A stretch of DNA of 64,000 bases from Minisyncoccota bacterium (GTDB lineage Bacteria; Patescibacteriota; Minisyncoccia; Phycocordibacterales; UBA9973): NCBI GenBank assembly GCA_041664745.1, contig JBAYKD010000001.1:106551-170550 (forward strand), written 5' to 3'. The notes under the pieces were generated by a model. It was not told the origin of the DNA. It did not search any database and worked only from the letters and a program-made list of their open reading frames with translations. Position numbers and translations under genes: made by a program. Below, in pieces: positions 36,292 to 46,048 of the stretch; position 1 is the first letter of the stretch, and every line of letters starts with the position of its first letter.

Positions 36292-37668
36292 TTACCATCC
36301 AAACTCTTTTCCTACGTCTTCAGGAGATTCTCTTTTACGAGCGACAACAATGTGGCCGTTTTCGGCAATTATTTTTATTGGAGATGAAAGCATACAATGA
36401 TGGGAGGCTAGAGCATCCTGATAAGCACCAGTGTCGAAGAATACTACATAGAATGGTTCATTGGCATTATAGTCATAGTCTGGTAATGTTACAGATCCAT
36501 TTATACCTGTATAGACGTCATCAGAATCACAACTAGATCCAGAAATCCAAACATCATTCAACTCACCATCTAGCTTATTATTCACAGGAGCGACGGACCA
36601 CTTCTGGTCTATAGCCCAAGTATCAATAAGATCATTCATAAGAGAGCCGTCTATCACATACCACTTCTTAGCATCAATACCTTTGTGAACAATTTTCTTT
36701 GTATCTATAACTTTGAAAATTGTGATTTGTGCTGGTGCAACCATGTATCTACCCCATTCACAAATAAGATTTGGATTTGGCATACCCCTCTTCTCTGATT
36801 CTTTCTTAAGAAGCTGTAAAAGCTTTTCAAGTATTTTATCCGCTGGGTATTTCTTATTTCTTTCAAAAGGTATTGGCATCCCGCCGCCTATATCAAGAGT
36901 GTCTAGAGTAGGATTATTTTCTTTCAATTTGAAGTAAACATTTAATGCATATTTGGTTGTCTCTATTAAATCAGAGAGTTTTTCTATTTTACCGATTCGA
37001 TAATGAAGAACTTTCAAATTTTTAAATGAAGACATCTTCAAAATTTCATTGCGACTAAAACCAAATCTATCTATTTCTTTATTCCAATTTGTTTTTGACT
37101 TTACGGGAATATCAAGTCTTATGCCAACATCATATTTGGAATTTTGGAAAGTTTTCAATTCGTTTGGTCCCTCAATTACCGGCACAACTTTCAATCCTCT
37201 ATGCTGAAGTTCGTCTATTAGATTTATGTATTTGTCTGTCTTAGGACCATTACAAAGAATCCTCATCTTCTCATTAAAAGATTCTTGTTCTAGCATTTTC
37301 TTCACAATATATAATTCATTATAAGAAGCAGTCTCTATATTTGCACCTTCTCCAACAACCGCTTGAACCACCTCCTTTGTCTGATTACTCTTCATAGGAT
37401 AGTGATAATAAAATTTGCCTTGATATTTATGTTTTTTAATAAGAGATTGAGCCAAGTCTAGCAAATCTTCGACTCTTTCTTCAATGATGAATGGGAAAAG
37501 TATCTCAAGGGAAGTTCCAAACTTCTCTGCTAAGTAACGAATATTGTAGACATTATTTCCTTCTTTGGCGATTAAATCCCCTTCTTTGTTGAAATCAAAA
37601 TATTGAGTATTGAAATCATTTATCCCCAGCTTCCAAAGTTTTCTGGAAGTGATTGAACGTTTGGTCAT
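36292..37668 (-). CDS. speA: PLP-dependent fold-III decarboxylase, probable arginine decarboxylase (SpeA-like); alternative LysA/ODC
   Basis: YPMKSNQ (PLP-Lys, SpeA-like YPIKVNQ), GGGMPIPF, EWGRYMVAP, 458 aa. An agmatinase is encoded 7 kb away. Confidence 0.55.
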   Translation of the reverse strand: MTKRSITSRKLWKLGINDFNTQYFDFNKEGDLIAKEGNNVYNIRYLAEKFGTSLEILFPFIIEERVEDLLDLAQSLIKKHKYQGKFYYHYPMKSNQTKEVVQAVVGEGANIETASYNELYIVKKMLEQESFNEKMRILCNGPKTDKYINLIDELQHRGLKVVPVIEGPNELKTFQNSKYDVGIRLDIPVKSKTNWNKEIDRFGFSRNEILKMSSFKNLKVLHYRIGKIEKLSDLIETTKYALNVYFKLKENNPTLDTLDIGGGMPIPFERNKKYPADKILEKLLQLLKKESEKRGMPNPNLICEWGRYMVAPAQITIFKVIDTKKIVHKGIDAKKWYVIDGSLMNDLIDTWAIDQKWSVAPVNNKLDGELNDVWISGSSCDSDDVYTGINGSVTLPDYDYNANEPFYVVFFDTGAYQDALASHHCMLSSPIKIIAENGHIVVARKRESPEDVGKEFGW

Positions 37669-37755
37669 TTCTTTTTATCAAGCATTCATGAGCTCTGCCT
37701 GTAATAAAATAATAATATTGACAATCATAGCAAAATTATGGGATTTGTAAAGAAA

Positions 37756-38844
37756 TTATAATCCTTCTTCTTTGAGTTTCTCTATGGCTTCCTTTGTTTT
37801 GCGTGATAGCTTGGTTGGCATGTTTATTTGGATGTGGATGATTATGTCGCCTCTACCGCGTGTTGTTGGCACTCCTTGACCTCGAACGCGAAGCATTTCG
37901 CCATTGTTTATACCTTCTGGAATTTTTACTTCTATATTTTTATTATCAAGAGTTTTCAGATTATAAGTCATCCCAAGAAGTGCGTCAGTGAGCTTTATAT
38001 TTAAATCCATTGTTAGATTCAAATCATCTCTTGTATAAAGAGAATGCTTTTTAACATTTAATTTGATATACAAGTCGCCATTCTCTCCACCTTTGATTGA
38101 TTCACCCTTACCTCGAACTCGAAGAGATTCACCATTATTCACTCCACTAGGAATCTTTACGCTTATATCTTCATTTGTTTTAAGTACCCCAGCACCGCGA
38201 CAATTGCTACATTTTTCAGATGGAATTTTCCCAACTCCTCCACAATTCTCACAAGTTTTCGTCGTGGCAAAGTTTCCAAGTATTGAACGTCTGACTTCAC
38301 GTATTTGCCCTTGCCCATCACAGACAGTACAGATATTCATCTTGGTACCTACCTTGGCACCTGTGCCGTTACAAATATTACAGACTGATTGTTTGTTTAA
38401 ATTTATTTTCTTTTCTATTCCAAAAATAGATTCTTCAAAAGAAAGATCAACACTAGTTTGTAAGTCTCTTCCTTTTTTTGTTTTCTGTCGGGCGCGTCCA
38501 CCTCCGAAGAAGTCTCCAAAGATATCACCAAGGTCGCCCATATCAAATTCCATTCCACCATTCTGTGCACGAGTGAAGTCGAAACCTCCAAAGCCTCCTT
38601 GACCCCCGAACCCTTGGCCACCGAAGCCCTGAGGCCCATCAGCATTACCAAATTGGTCGAAAGAGGCTCTCTTCTTATCATCTGAGAGTACTTGGTAGGC
38701 TTCATTTACTTCTTTGAATTTAGTATCGTCTCCTTTATTTTTATCTGGATGATGAACATGAGCAAGCTTATGAAAAGCTTTCTTTATTTCTTCTTTTGAA
38801 GCATTTTTCTCTACTCCTAGTGTTTTGTAATAATCTTTGGACAT
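37756..38844 (-). CDS. dnaJ: Chaperone DnaJ
   Basis: J-domain with HPD, G/F region, four CxxCxGxG zinc-finger repeats. Confidence 0.9.
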   Translation of the reverse strand: MSKDYYKTLGVEKNASKEEIKKAFHKLAHVHHPDKNKGDDTKFKEVNEAYQVLSDDKKRASFDQFGNADGPQGFGGQGFGGQGGFGGFDFTRAQNGGMEFDMGDLGDIFGDFFGGGRARQKTKKGRDLQTSVDLSFEESIFGIEKKINLNKQSVCNICNGTGAKVGTKMNICTVCDGQGQIREVRRSILGNFATTKTCENCGGVGKIPSEKCSNCRGAGVLKTNEDISVKIPSGVNNGESLRVRGKGESIKGGENGDLYIKLNVKKHSLYTRDDLNLTMDLNIKLTDALLGMTYNLKTLDNKNIEVKIPEGINNGEMLRVRGQGVPTTRGRGDIIIHIQINMPTKLSRKTKEAIEKLKEEGL

Positions 38845-38847
38845 GTT

Positions 38848-40743
38848 TTATTTTTGTTCTGGATTCTCATTTACTTCTGCGTCTTTGATTTCTGGTTCTT
38901 GAGCCTCTGGTGTAGGATTTGCGCCTTCTTCTGGTGCAGCACCTGCTTTACTCATAGCTTCACCGATCTTAGACATTTCAGCGGAAAGTTCTTCTGTTGC
39001 CTTCTTAATAGCTTCCATATCACCGCCATCTTTGGCAGTTTTTAGAGCGGTTATTTTATTTTCTATTTCAGTCTTTATCTCTGGAGTTACTTTGTCACCA
39101 TATTCTTTGACAGATTTTTCGGCAGTAAAGATCATCATTTCCGCTGTATTTTTATGATCTGCTAATTCTTTTTTCTTTACATCCTCATCGGCATGAGCTT
39201 CTGCTTCATCACGCATCTTCTTGATATCAGCTTCTGTAAGTCCAGAACTTGCTTCAATACGGATTGATTGAACTTTTCCGGAAGCTTTATCCATGGCTTT
39301 CACATTTAGAATTCCGTTAGCATCTACATCAAATGTAACTTCCACTTGAGGAATACCGCGAGGTGAAGGCGGAATACCATCTAAAATAAATCGCCCGAGT
39401 GACTTGTTATCACTTGCCATTGGACGTTCACCTTGAGTGATGTGAATTTCTACACTCGTCTGATTATCGGCTGCAGTTGAGAATATTTGTGACTTAGAGG
39501 ATGGAATTGTCGTATTTCTTTCCACTAGCTTTGTGGCTACTCCACCCAAAGTTTCAATACCTAGGGATAATGGAATAACATCAAGGAGAAGAACGTCACG
39601 TACGTCACCCTGCAAGACTCCTGCTTGGACAGCCGCACCAAGTGCTACAACTTCATCTGGATTAATAGAACGATTTGGTTCTTTACCAAATAAATTCTTC
39701 ACAGCTTCGACGATCATTGGCATTCTCGTCTGACCTCCTACCAATATTATCTCGTTGATTTCATTCATCTTGAATGGAGAAGCTTCAAGTGCTCTCTTTG
39801 TTATTTCAATAGAGCGAGTAACATATTCTTCTGCTAGAGATTCTAGAACGGCACGAGACATCTTCAAAAGCAAATGTTTTGGACCTGAAGCATCAGAAGT
39901 AATGAATGGAATATTTATTTCTGAATCAGTTGTAGTTGAAAGTTCATGTTTTGTCTTCTCCGCAGCCTCTTTTAGACGTTGCAATGCAAGCATATCTTTC
40001 GTAACGTCAATACCAGACTCTTTCTTGTATTCATCAGCAATCCACTTTACGATCTTTTGATCAATATCTTCACCACCCATGTGTGAGTCACCATCTGTAG
40101 ACTTCACTTCGATAACATCATCTCCAACTTCAAGAACTGAAACATCAAATGTTCCTCCTCCAAAGTCGTAAACAACAATCTTCTCATTCTTCTTTGTATT
40201 GAATCCATATGCAAGAGCAGCGGCTGTAGGCTCGTTGATAATTCTCTTTACATCAAGCCCTGCGATAACTCCAGCATCTTTCGTAGCTTTTCTTTGAGCA
40301 TCGTTGAAGTAAGCTGGCACAGTAATAACAGCTTCAGTAATCTTTTCACCCAATTTTGCTTCTACATCTGCTTTAATCTTACTTAGAATCATTGCAGAAA
40401 TTTCTTCTGGACGAAGTAATTTATCTGCTAGCTTTACTTCTACACCACCAGTACTTCCTTTTTGAATTTTGTAAGGAATTGTTTTCTCGTCTTTCTGAAT
40501 TTCTGGATCGTCATACATATGACCAACGAAACGCTTAATACCATAAACGGTATTTTCAGGATTCGTTACAGCTTGACGCTTTGCAAGCATTCCTACCATT
40601 CTGTCGCCATTTTTTGTAACAGCAACAACCGACGGAGTCGTTCTCGCACCCTCGATATTCTCTATAATTTTTGGCTGACCTCCTTCTATGATAGCCACTG
40701 CACTATTTGTTGTACCCAAATCTATTCCTATTATTTTTGACAT
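38848..40743 (-). CDS. dnaK: Chaperone DnaK (Hsp70)
   Basis: [18 protein letters not shown], 631 aa. Confidence 0.95.
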   Translation of the reverse strand: MSKIIGIDLGTTNSAVAIIEGGQPKIIENIEGARTTPSVVAVTKNGDRMVGMLAKRQAVTNPENTVYGIKRFVGHMYDDPEIQKDEKTIPYKIQKGSTGGVEVKLADKLLRPEEISAMILSKIKADVEAKLGEKITEAVITVPAYFNDAQRKATKDAGVIAGLDVKRIINEPTAAALAYGFNTKKNEKIVVYDFGGGTFDVSVLEVGDDVIEVKSTDGDSHMGGEDIDQKIVKWIADEYKKESGIDVTKDMLALQRLKEAAEKTKHELSTTTDSEINIPFITSDASGPKHLLLKMSRAVLESLAEEYVTRSIEITKRALEASPFKMNEINEIILVGGQTRMPMIVEAVKNLFGKEPNRSINPDEVVALGAAVQAGVLQGDVRDVLLLDVIPLSLGIETLGGVATKLVERNTTIPSSKSQIFSTAADNQTSVEIHITQGERPMASDNKSLGRFILDGIPPSPRGIPQVEVTFDVDANGILNVKAMDKASGKVQSIRIEASSGLTEADIKKMRDEAEAHADEDVKKKELADHKNTAEMMIFTAEKSVKEYGDKVTPEIKTEIENKITALKTAKDGGDMEAIKKATEELSAEMSKIGEAMSKAGAAPEEGANPTPEAQEPEIKDAEVNENPEQK

Positions 40744-40836
40744 ATTTATTTTATATAATTAACTAATAATTTTTGATAATAAAATTGACCTTCTAATTTT
40801 CAAACTTTCTATAGTATACACTTACATTATGTATTT

Positions 40837-40868
40837 AACAAGTATTTGGTGACCACGAAATACTTGTT
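40837..40868. promoter_or_regulatory. Perfect 11-N10-11 inverted repeat AACAAGTATTT-ggtgaccacg-AAATACTTGTT overlapping the predicted dnaK transcription start; candidate operator (CIRCE-like position but unrelated sequence)
   Basis: Exact reverse complements seen in the sequence. Located 5 nt downstream of the dnaK -10 box and upstream of the divergent PaaX-family gene. Confidence 0.55.
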
Positions 40869-40872
40869 GAAT

Positions 40873-40900
40873 ATTATATTTATTTATGATACACTGTCAA
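40873..40900 (-). promoter_or_regulatory. Consensus sigma-70 promoter for dnaK on the minus strand: -35 TTGACA, 16-bp spacer, -10 TATAAT
   Basis: Perfect consensus hexamers read on the minus strand (plus-strand tgtcaa 40895-40900, attata 40873-40878). Confidence 0.6.
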
Positions 40901-40904
40901 TACT

Positions 40905-41432
40905 ATGAAAAAGCGTGATTTTTCAAGGAAAATTATAAAAATTCTATCGGAAAGACCGGCAGTTTCTGTTCCAGAATTGGAAGAAAGGATTGTTTTAGAC
41001 AAAGAAAGCCAATACGCTCTATCTCGCTCTATAAAGAGCCTTAAGGATGCTGGATTGATAGAAAATGTCTATTCTGGTCAGAATCATTATGCCAAACTTA
41101 CCAAAGAAGGTAGGAAGAAGGCCAATAACCTCAAACTTGAATGTGAGAATGCTATTATAAGTAATACTTGGGATGGCTACTGGCGAATAATACTTCTAGA
41201 TATTCCAGAGGAAAGAAAAAGCGAACGCGAAGCTCTCCGCTACCTACTTAAGAAAGCAGGCTTCGCCTGCTTGAAAAATTCTGTCTGGATATCTATGTAC
41301 CCTTTCGAACATTTATTCACAAATATTAAAAAAGATCTAAACCTCTCAACTGAACTTATAATAATCGTCACCGACAAAATCGATAAAGAAACCGAAAAAG
41401 AATTTTTTACACTTTGTGGAATTCAAAAATAG
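40905..41432 (+). CDS. PaaX-family transcriptional regulator (short form: N-terminal winged helix + PaaX middle domain), divergent from dnaK
   Basis: WDGYWRIILLDIPEERKSEREALRYLLKKAGFACLKNSVWISMYP matches the PaaX WDGKWLLLLSEGL...QGFGAL...MASP region. N-terminal wHTH (LTKEGRKKA). Confidence 0.65.
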   Translation: MKKRDFSRKIIKILSERPAVSVPELEERIVLDKESQYALSRSIKSLKDAGLIENVYSGQNHYAKLTKEGRKKANNLKLECENAIISNTWDGYWRIILLDIPEERKSEREALRYLLKKAGFACLKNSVWISMYPFEHLFTNIKKDLNLSTELIIIVTDKIDKETEKEFFTLCGIQK

Positions 41433-42057
41433 TTACTTTTGCGGGACGTATAACTCTTTCTCCTATTTTGTATCCTATTTGTAAAACCTTAGCTACTGTG
41501 TGGTCTTTCTCTTCGTCGTCTGTCGCAACGACGCTTATAGACTGATGAATACTTGGATCGAAGGAGACTTCTATTTCATAAATCTTTTCAATTCCTGATT
41601 TTTCTAATCCAGAGAGAAGTTGTTGATATATAGAAGTGATGCCATCTTGCCAATCCTTATCTATTTTCTCCCAGTGTTCTTTATTTGAAAATGCCATCTC
41701 AAAGCTATCAAGTGCAGGAAGAAGCTTATCTACCATTTTCTCACGAGTTAAAATTGAAATATTTATACGAGATTGATCTAATTCTTTTTGTAAATTCACA
41801 TAGTCCGCCTTCGCTCTCTGCCAGCCAGTCAAATATTCCTCCTTTTCTTTTCTTAAGGTTTTTATCTCTTCACGAAGCTTTTTCGCTACATCTTTCGTCG
41901 GTAATGCCTCTCCATCTTCTGTGCTATCTACGAATTTCAAATCCTCAAAATCATCCAATTCAATCGGGTCATTTAAATCATTACCGCTATTTTCAGTTTT
42001 TGGATTTTTCTCTTCCTCTTTTATAATATCTTCATCATTCATACCCTTAGTATACAA
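41407..42057 (-). CDS. grpE: Nucleotide exchange factor GrpE
   Basis: C-terminal GrpE signature (LLPALDSFEMA, RVIRPAKVTIFE); 216 aa with acidic N-terminus. Confidence 0.85.
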   Translation of the reverse strand: MYTKGMNDEDIIKEEEKNPKTENSGNDLNDPIELDDFEDLKFVDSTEDGEALPTKDVAKKLREEIKTLRKEKEEYLTGWQRAKADYVNLQKELDQSRINISILTREKMVDKLLPALDSFEMAFSNKEHWEKIDKDWQDGITSIYQQLLSGLEKSGIEKIYEIEVSFDPSIHQSISVVATDDEEKDHTVAKVLQIGYKIGERVIRPAKVTIFEFHKV

Positions 42058-42098
42058 AAAATCAGACTTTTTTCAAAGTATGATTTTTTTGATTTAAA

Positions 42099-42719
42099 TT
42101 ATCTATTTTTAGGAGTCCAAATATTTTCCCACCATTCTGAAACCTTGCCTTCCAATATTTCTTTGCCGAGATTTTTAGCTGATTCAGTTTTTAAATTTTT
42201 ATACTGAGCATTTATATGATTATCCTTTCCTTTTCCAGATAGCCAAATTTCTGCTTCATGATTACCTTGATGAGCGTATTCTTTTAATAAAAGTATTTGG
42301 TCGAGCAAGTCTGCATCTTTGGCAATAATAGCCTCTTTACTTTTCCTCTCTTCAAATTCTTTATCTATCTCATAAAGATCACCAAATGGTAAATCAGCAA
42401 GCTGATCTTTCGATATTTCATCCTCAAATATTTTCACATATTTCTTATGAATATAGTTATGGTCCCCACTTCGGACTTCTTTCACATCATGAAGAAAGGC
42501 CATCATCATCGTTTTATATGGATCGGCTTTTTCTAATTTGGCCAAGAACCAAGCAATTAAAGACACACGATACGAATGAGTGGCAATATTATCCGACAAA
42601 TCTTGAGACAAAAGCACCTGCTGATGTATTCTAGGAAGCTTCCTCATAGTCCCCACTTCAAATAAAAAGTTTACAATTTGTTTATTTTTATCATCTTTTT
42701 TCATACTCCGATTATACAA
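42099..42719 (-). CDS. HD-domain phosphohydrolase (YfbR-like 5'-deoxynucleotidase family)
   Basis: H...HD metal-binding motifs (THSYRVS, FLHDVKEVRSGD, DADLLD). Confidence 0.7.
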   Translation of the reverse strand: MYNRSMKKDDKNKQIVNFLFEVGTMRKLPRIHQQVLLSQDLSDNIATHSYRVSLIAWFLAKLEKADPYKTMMMAFLHDVKEVRSGDHNYIHKKYVKIFEDEISKDQLADLPFGDLYEIDKEFEERKSKEAIIAKDADLLDQILLLKEYAHQGNHEAEIWLSGKGKDNHINAQYKNLKTESAKNLGKEILEGKVSEWWENIWTPKNR

Positions 42720-42735
42720 CTTTGGGTATAATAAG

Positions 42736-42761
42736 CAAAAAGCCCCATATGGGGCTTTTTG
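42736..42761 (-). terminator. Rho-independent terminator after rpsI (AAAAAGCCCC atat GGGGCTTTTT), bidirectional
   Basis: Perfect GC stem flanked by A5/T5. Confidence 0.65.
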
Positions 42762-42767
42762 TGAGTA

Positions 42768-43181
42768 TTATCTTTTTGACCATTGTGGAGACTTACGAGC
42801 TTTCTTGAGTCCGAATTTCTTTCTTTCAACTTTACGAGGATCGCGCTTAAGCATTTTAGCTTTCTTAAGTACGGAACGTAGTTCAGCATCAAAGAGAACG
42901 AGAGCACGTGAGATACCATGACGAACTGCTTCAGCTTGAGCATGTGATCCACCACCCTTTGTAGTGATGACAACTTCAAACTTCTCAGCTGGTGTCGCTG
43001 TCTCAAATGCACCGGTAATTATCTTCTTCAATTCAGGTGTTGGAAAATATTCTGTAAAATCTTTACCATTTACTACGTAAGTAGTCTTTGCTGCTTTATA
43101 TAAACGGACTACTGCAGTAGCTGTCTTTCTGCGACCGATTGCTCTAAAATATTCTTTTGTTGTTGTTTTTTTGACTGCCAT
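42768..43181 (-). CDS. rpsI: 30S ribosomal protein S9
   Basis: C-terminal ...KKARKSPQWSKR S9 signature. Confidence 0.9.
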   Translation of the reverse strand: MAVKKTTTKEYFRAIGRRKTATAVVRLYKAAKTTYVVNGKDFTEYFPTPELKKIITGAFETATPAEKFEVVITTKGGGSHAQAEAVRHGISRALVLFDAELRSVLKKAKMLKRDPRKVERKKFGLKKARKSPQWSKR

Positions 43182-43186
43182 AAAAA

Positions 43187-43555
43187 TTATTCAGTTATTG
43201 TTAAACGTTTCATCATTAATGGTCGAAGCTTGTTAGCAGGAAGCATTCCAAAAACTGCAAGTTCATAGAGGCCAATCCAACCCTTCTTCTCTATGATTTT
43301 TGCATTTGTTTTAACTTTGAATCCTCCTGGTTGTCCTGAATAAGTCTCATGTAGAGTCTCATTCATTCGGCGCTCAGTCATCTTCGTTTTCCCTGCATTC
43401 TTGATATAAACTCGAACATCAGCAACTTGGTTCGCTGTGTATGAAGGATCTGTCTTACCCATAAGAGCCTTCGCAGCTCTGCTTGCTACTCGTCCTAATA
43501 CAATTCCTGTCGCATCAATTGTGTGTACTTTTGTCATAAAATTATATAAATTCAA
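43187..43555 (-). CDS. rplM: 50S ribosomal protein L13
   Basis: IDATGIVLGRVAS N-terminal L13 motif. Confidence 0.85.
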   Translation of the reverse strand: MNLYNFMTKVHTIDATGIVLGRVASRAAKALMGKTDPSYTANQVADVRVYIKNAGKTKMTERRMNETLHETYSGQPGGFKVKTNAKIIEKKGWIGLYELAVFGMLPANKLRPLMMKRLTITE

Positions 43556-43895
43556 TTATTGCCATCTTACTTGCATCTCCAAGTCTTCGAGGAAGCTTGG
43601 TTATACGTGTATATCCACCAGCACGACCCTTATACTTTGGAGCTATGGTATTGATTAATTTATTTGCTTCTGCTGTTAAATTATATAAACGTGAAATGAC
43701 TAATCTACGTGATGCAAGTGTACCAACATTTGCCTTAGTAATCATCTTCTCTATTGCAGGACGAAGTTCCTTTGCTTTCGCTTCTGTAGTCTCGATCTTG
43801 CCGTGTGCTATAAGAGCCAACATAAGACCTTTCATTAAGGCATGTTTTTGATTCTTATCTCTTCCAAATTTTCTTACATTATTTCCGTGTCTCAT
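43542..43895 (-). CDS. rplQ: 50S ribosomal protein L17
   Basis: MRHGNNVRKFGRD N-terminus; follows rpoA. Confidence 0.9.
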   Translation of the reverse strand: MRHGNNVRKFGRDKNQKHALMKGLMLALIAHGKIETTEAKAKELRPAIEKMITKANVGTLASRRLVISRLYNLTAEANKLINTIAPKYKGRAGGYTRITKLPRRLGDASKMAIIEFI

Positions 43896-43915
43896 ATATA
43901 ATTAGTTAATTAATA

Positions 43916-44893
43916 TTATTTAAGTGTTATTTTATATTCTCCAAGAACTTTCTTTATTTCTTGAATACCTTTATCGCCAATACCATCGATTTCTAATAAG
44001 TCTTCCTTTTTCTTGCGAGCAATACCCCCGATAGTACGAATATTTGCATCTGTTAAAGCGTTCAGTGTACGGGTTGAAAATGCTAATGTATCAATACGAG
44101 TCTTTAAAATATCGGTAAATTCATTACCTTCACCCTTATCTTCATTTGATTCATCTTTTGATTTATCAGTTTCCTCTTCTTCTTTAACTACTGACTTACT
44201 TTGAATAGTAAAACCAACAATTGATTGTAATTGTTCTACCATTATTACTATTGATTTCTCAAGAGCTTCACGAGGAGTGAGAGTTCCATCTGTCTCGATA
44301 GTCATACGTAGGCGATTGTGGTTTGTCTTGTCTCCGACACGCATGTTCTCTACTTCATAAGCAACACGACGAATAGGAGTGAAAATAGCATCGAGAGAAA
44401 TTACTCCGACATTATTCTTTTCCTTTTGATGAACATCCTTAGGAACAAAGCCGAGACCTTTCTCAACTGTCATCTCAATAGAAAGACTATCCTTAGTAGT
44501 AATTTCGGCAATATACAAATCTTTGTTAAGAATTTCTACTTGACCACTAACTTTTATATCAGCAGCGGTAACTATTTTAGGTCCTTTTACTGAAAGTTTG
44601 ACAACTTGAGGCTCATCGGTAAGTAAACGAAAACGAATTTGTTTTAAGTGTAATAGTATTGTTATAACGTCTTCTTTTACTCCATCCATTACAGAAAATT
44701 CATGATCTACTCCGTCAATTTTCAGAGTAGTAATAGCAGCACCAGAAAGAGATGAGAGAATGATACGGCGAAGAGAGTTCCCTAGAGTGTGTCCGTACCC
44801 AGGGTAAAGTCCATCTATTTCATAGACACCTTTTGTGCCTACTTCAGAGACGATAGATAATTTGGATGGTAATATGATATTTAAATCAGACAT
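43916..44893 (-). CDS. rpoA: DNA-directed RNA polymerase subunit alpha
   Basis: 325 aa with alpha-NTD and alpha-CTD; the rpsD-rpoA-rplQ order is conserved. Confidence 0.9.
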   Translation of the reverse strand: MSDLNIILPSKLSIVSEVGTKGVYEIDGLYPGYGHTLGNSLRRIILSSLSGAAITTLKIDGVDHEFSVMDGVKEDVITILLHLKQIRFRLLTDEPQVVKLSVKGPKIVTAADIKVSGQVEILNKDLYIAEITTKDSLSIEMTVEKGLGFVPKDVHQKEKNNVGVISLDAIFTPIRRVAYEVENMRVGDKTNHNRLRMTIETDGTLTPREALEKSIVIMVEQLQSIVGFTIQSKSVVKEEEETDKSKDESNEDKGEGNEFTDILKTRIDTLAFSTRTLNALTDANIRTIGGIARKKKEDLLEIDGIGDKGIQEIKKVLGEYKITLK

Positions 44894-44958
44894 ATGATAT
44901 TTGCGAGGAGACCCCGCAATAAAAATTATTTATTAAAATTAACCATACGCTAGTAATG

Positions 44959-45567
44959 TTAACGACTATAAAATTCAAGCACTGTGTTTAAATCAAGGAA
45001 ACCTTCTACATTCTTTGGCTTGCCAACGACTGACCCAGTCAAAGTTTCTGCATTAAAAGTAAGCCAGTTTGGAGCTGTATATTCTTTTGATTTCTTTACC
45101 ATATCTGCAAATAATACACTCTTCTGACTGCCAAGGCGTACAGAGATCACATCTCCCATTTTAACGCGTAGGGATGGAACTGTAGTTTTCTTGCCATTTA
45201 CTGTTATATGACCATGAGATGTCATTTGTCTGGATAGACGACGAGTATGAGCGAGTCCTAGTCTGTAAGCAACGTTATCAAGTCTTGTTTCAAGTAATTC
45301 GAAAAGGTATTCTGTCGCAACTGTTCCCTTGTGAGAAACTGCTTCCTTAACATAGTTAGAGAATTGCTTTTCACTTATGTTGTACATAAAACGAACCTTT
45401 TGCTTCTCTACGAACTGTAAAGCATAACCTGAAAGAACTTTCGGTCTCTTGTTTTTGGAATTCTTTAAATGGCGAGCTTCAGAAGCAACGAATTTAGCTG
45501 TCTGGCATTTTTCAAATACTCCAGCACCTAATCTTCTACCTATTTTGTATTTTTTTGCGATTTTCAT
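44959..45567 (-). CDS. rpsD: 30S ribosomal protein S4
   Basis: S4 N-terminal and S4 RNA-binding domain (RLDNVAYRLGLA). Confidence 0.9.
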   Translation of the reverse strand: MKIAKKYKIGRRLGAGVFEKCQTAKFVASEARHLKNSKNKRPKVLSGYALQFVEKQKVRFMYNISEKQFSNYVKEAVSHKGTVATEYLFELLETRLDNVAYRLGLAHTRRLSRQMTSHGHITVNGKKTTVPSLRVKMGDVISVRLGSQKSVLFADMVKKSKEYTAPNWLTFNAETLTGSVVGKPKNVEGFLDLNTVLEFYSR

Positions 45568-45579
45568 AATTTTAAATTT

Positions 45580-46038
45580 TTATACTCTACGTGGCTTCTT
45601 AGGTTTTGGTCCATTGTGTGGAACTGGGGTCACATCTCTAACTCCTGATATTTCAATATCATAAGCCATAAATGCCCTTATCGTAGGCTCTCGTCCACTA
45701 CCTACTCCTTTAACTTTGACATCAACTTCTTTTATTCCAAAAGCTTTAGCTTTTTCTCCTACGACAGCTCCGGCCTTGGAAGCAGCAAATGGTGTACCTT
45801 TCTTTGCGCCCTTAAATCCTAGTGAACCTGCGGAAGTAGAAAAGATAGCATTGCCTTCCTTGTCTGAAAGGACAACCTTAGTATTATTAAAAGTAGCTTC
45901 TACGTGTAATGTTCCAGCAACGATTTTCTTCTTTGGAACTTTGACGGCAACTTTAGCTACGTCTTCTGCGACAACAGCATCATCTGCTTTTACAGACTTT
46001 TCTTCTTTTTCTTTATTTATAATTTTTATTTTTCCCAT
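45580..46038 (-). CDS. rpsK: 30S ribosomal protein S11 (with N-terminal Lys/Ala-rich extension)
   Basis: C-terminal DVTPVPHNGPKPKKPRRV S11 signature. Confidence 0.9.
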   Translation of the reverse strand: MGKIKIINKEKEEKSVKADDAVVAEDVAKVAVKVPKKKIVAGTLHVEATFNNTKVVLSDKEGNAIFSTSAGSLGFKGAKKGTPFAASKAGAVVGEKAKAFGIKEVDVKVKGVGSGREPTIRAFMAYDIEISGVRDVTPVPHNGPKPKKPRRV

Positions 46039-46048
46039 ATGATATTAA

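Noticed and set aside
36292-37668. Alternative call of the 458-aa decarboxylase as diaminopimelate decarboxylase (lysA)
   Set aside because: Not fully rejected. The YPMKSNQ motif and the polyamine context favour a SpeA-like arginine decarboxylase, but LysA/ODC cannot be excluded without phylogeny. Confidence was lowered accordingly.
40744-40904. Looked for CIRCE (TTAGCACTC-N9-GAGTGCTAA) or HAIR elements upstream of dnaK and grpE
   Set aside because: Neither consensus is present. A different perfect palindrome is reported instead.
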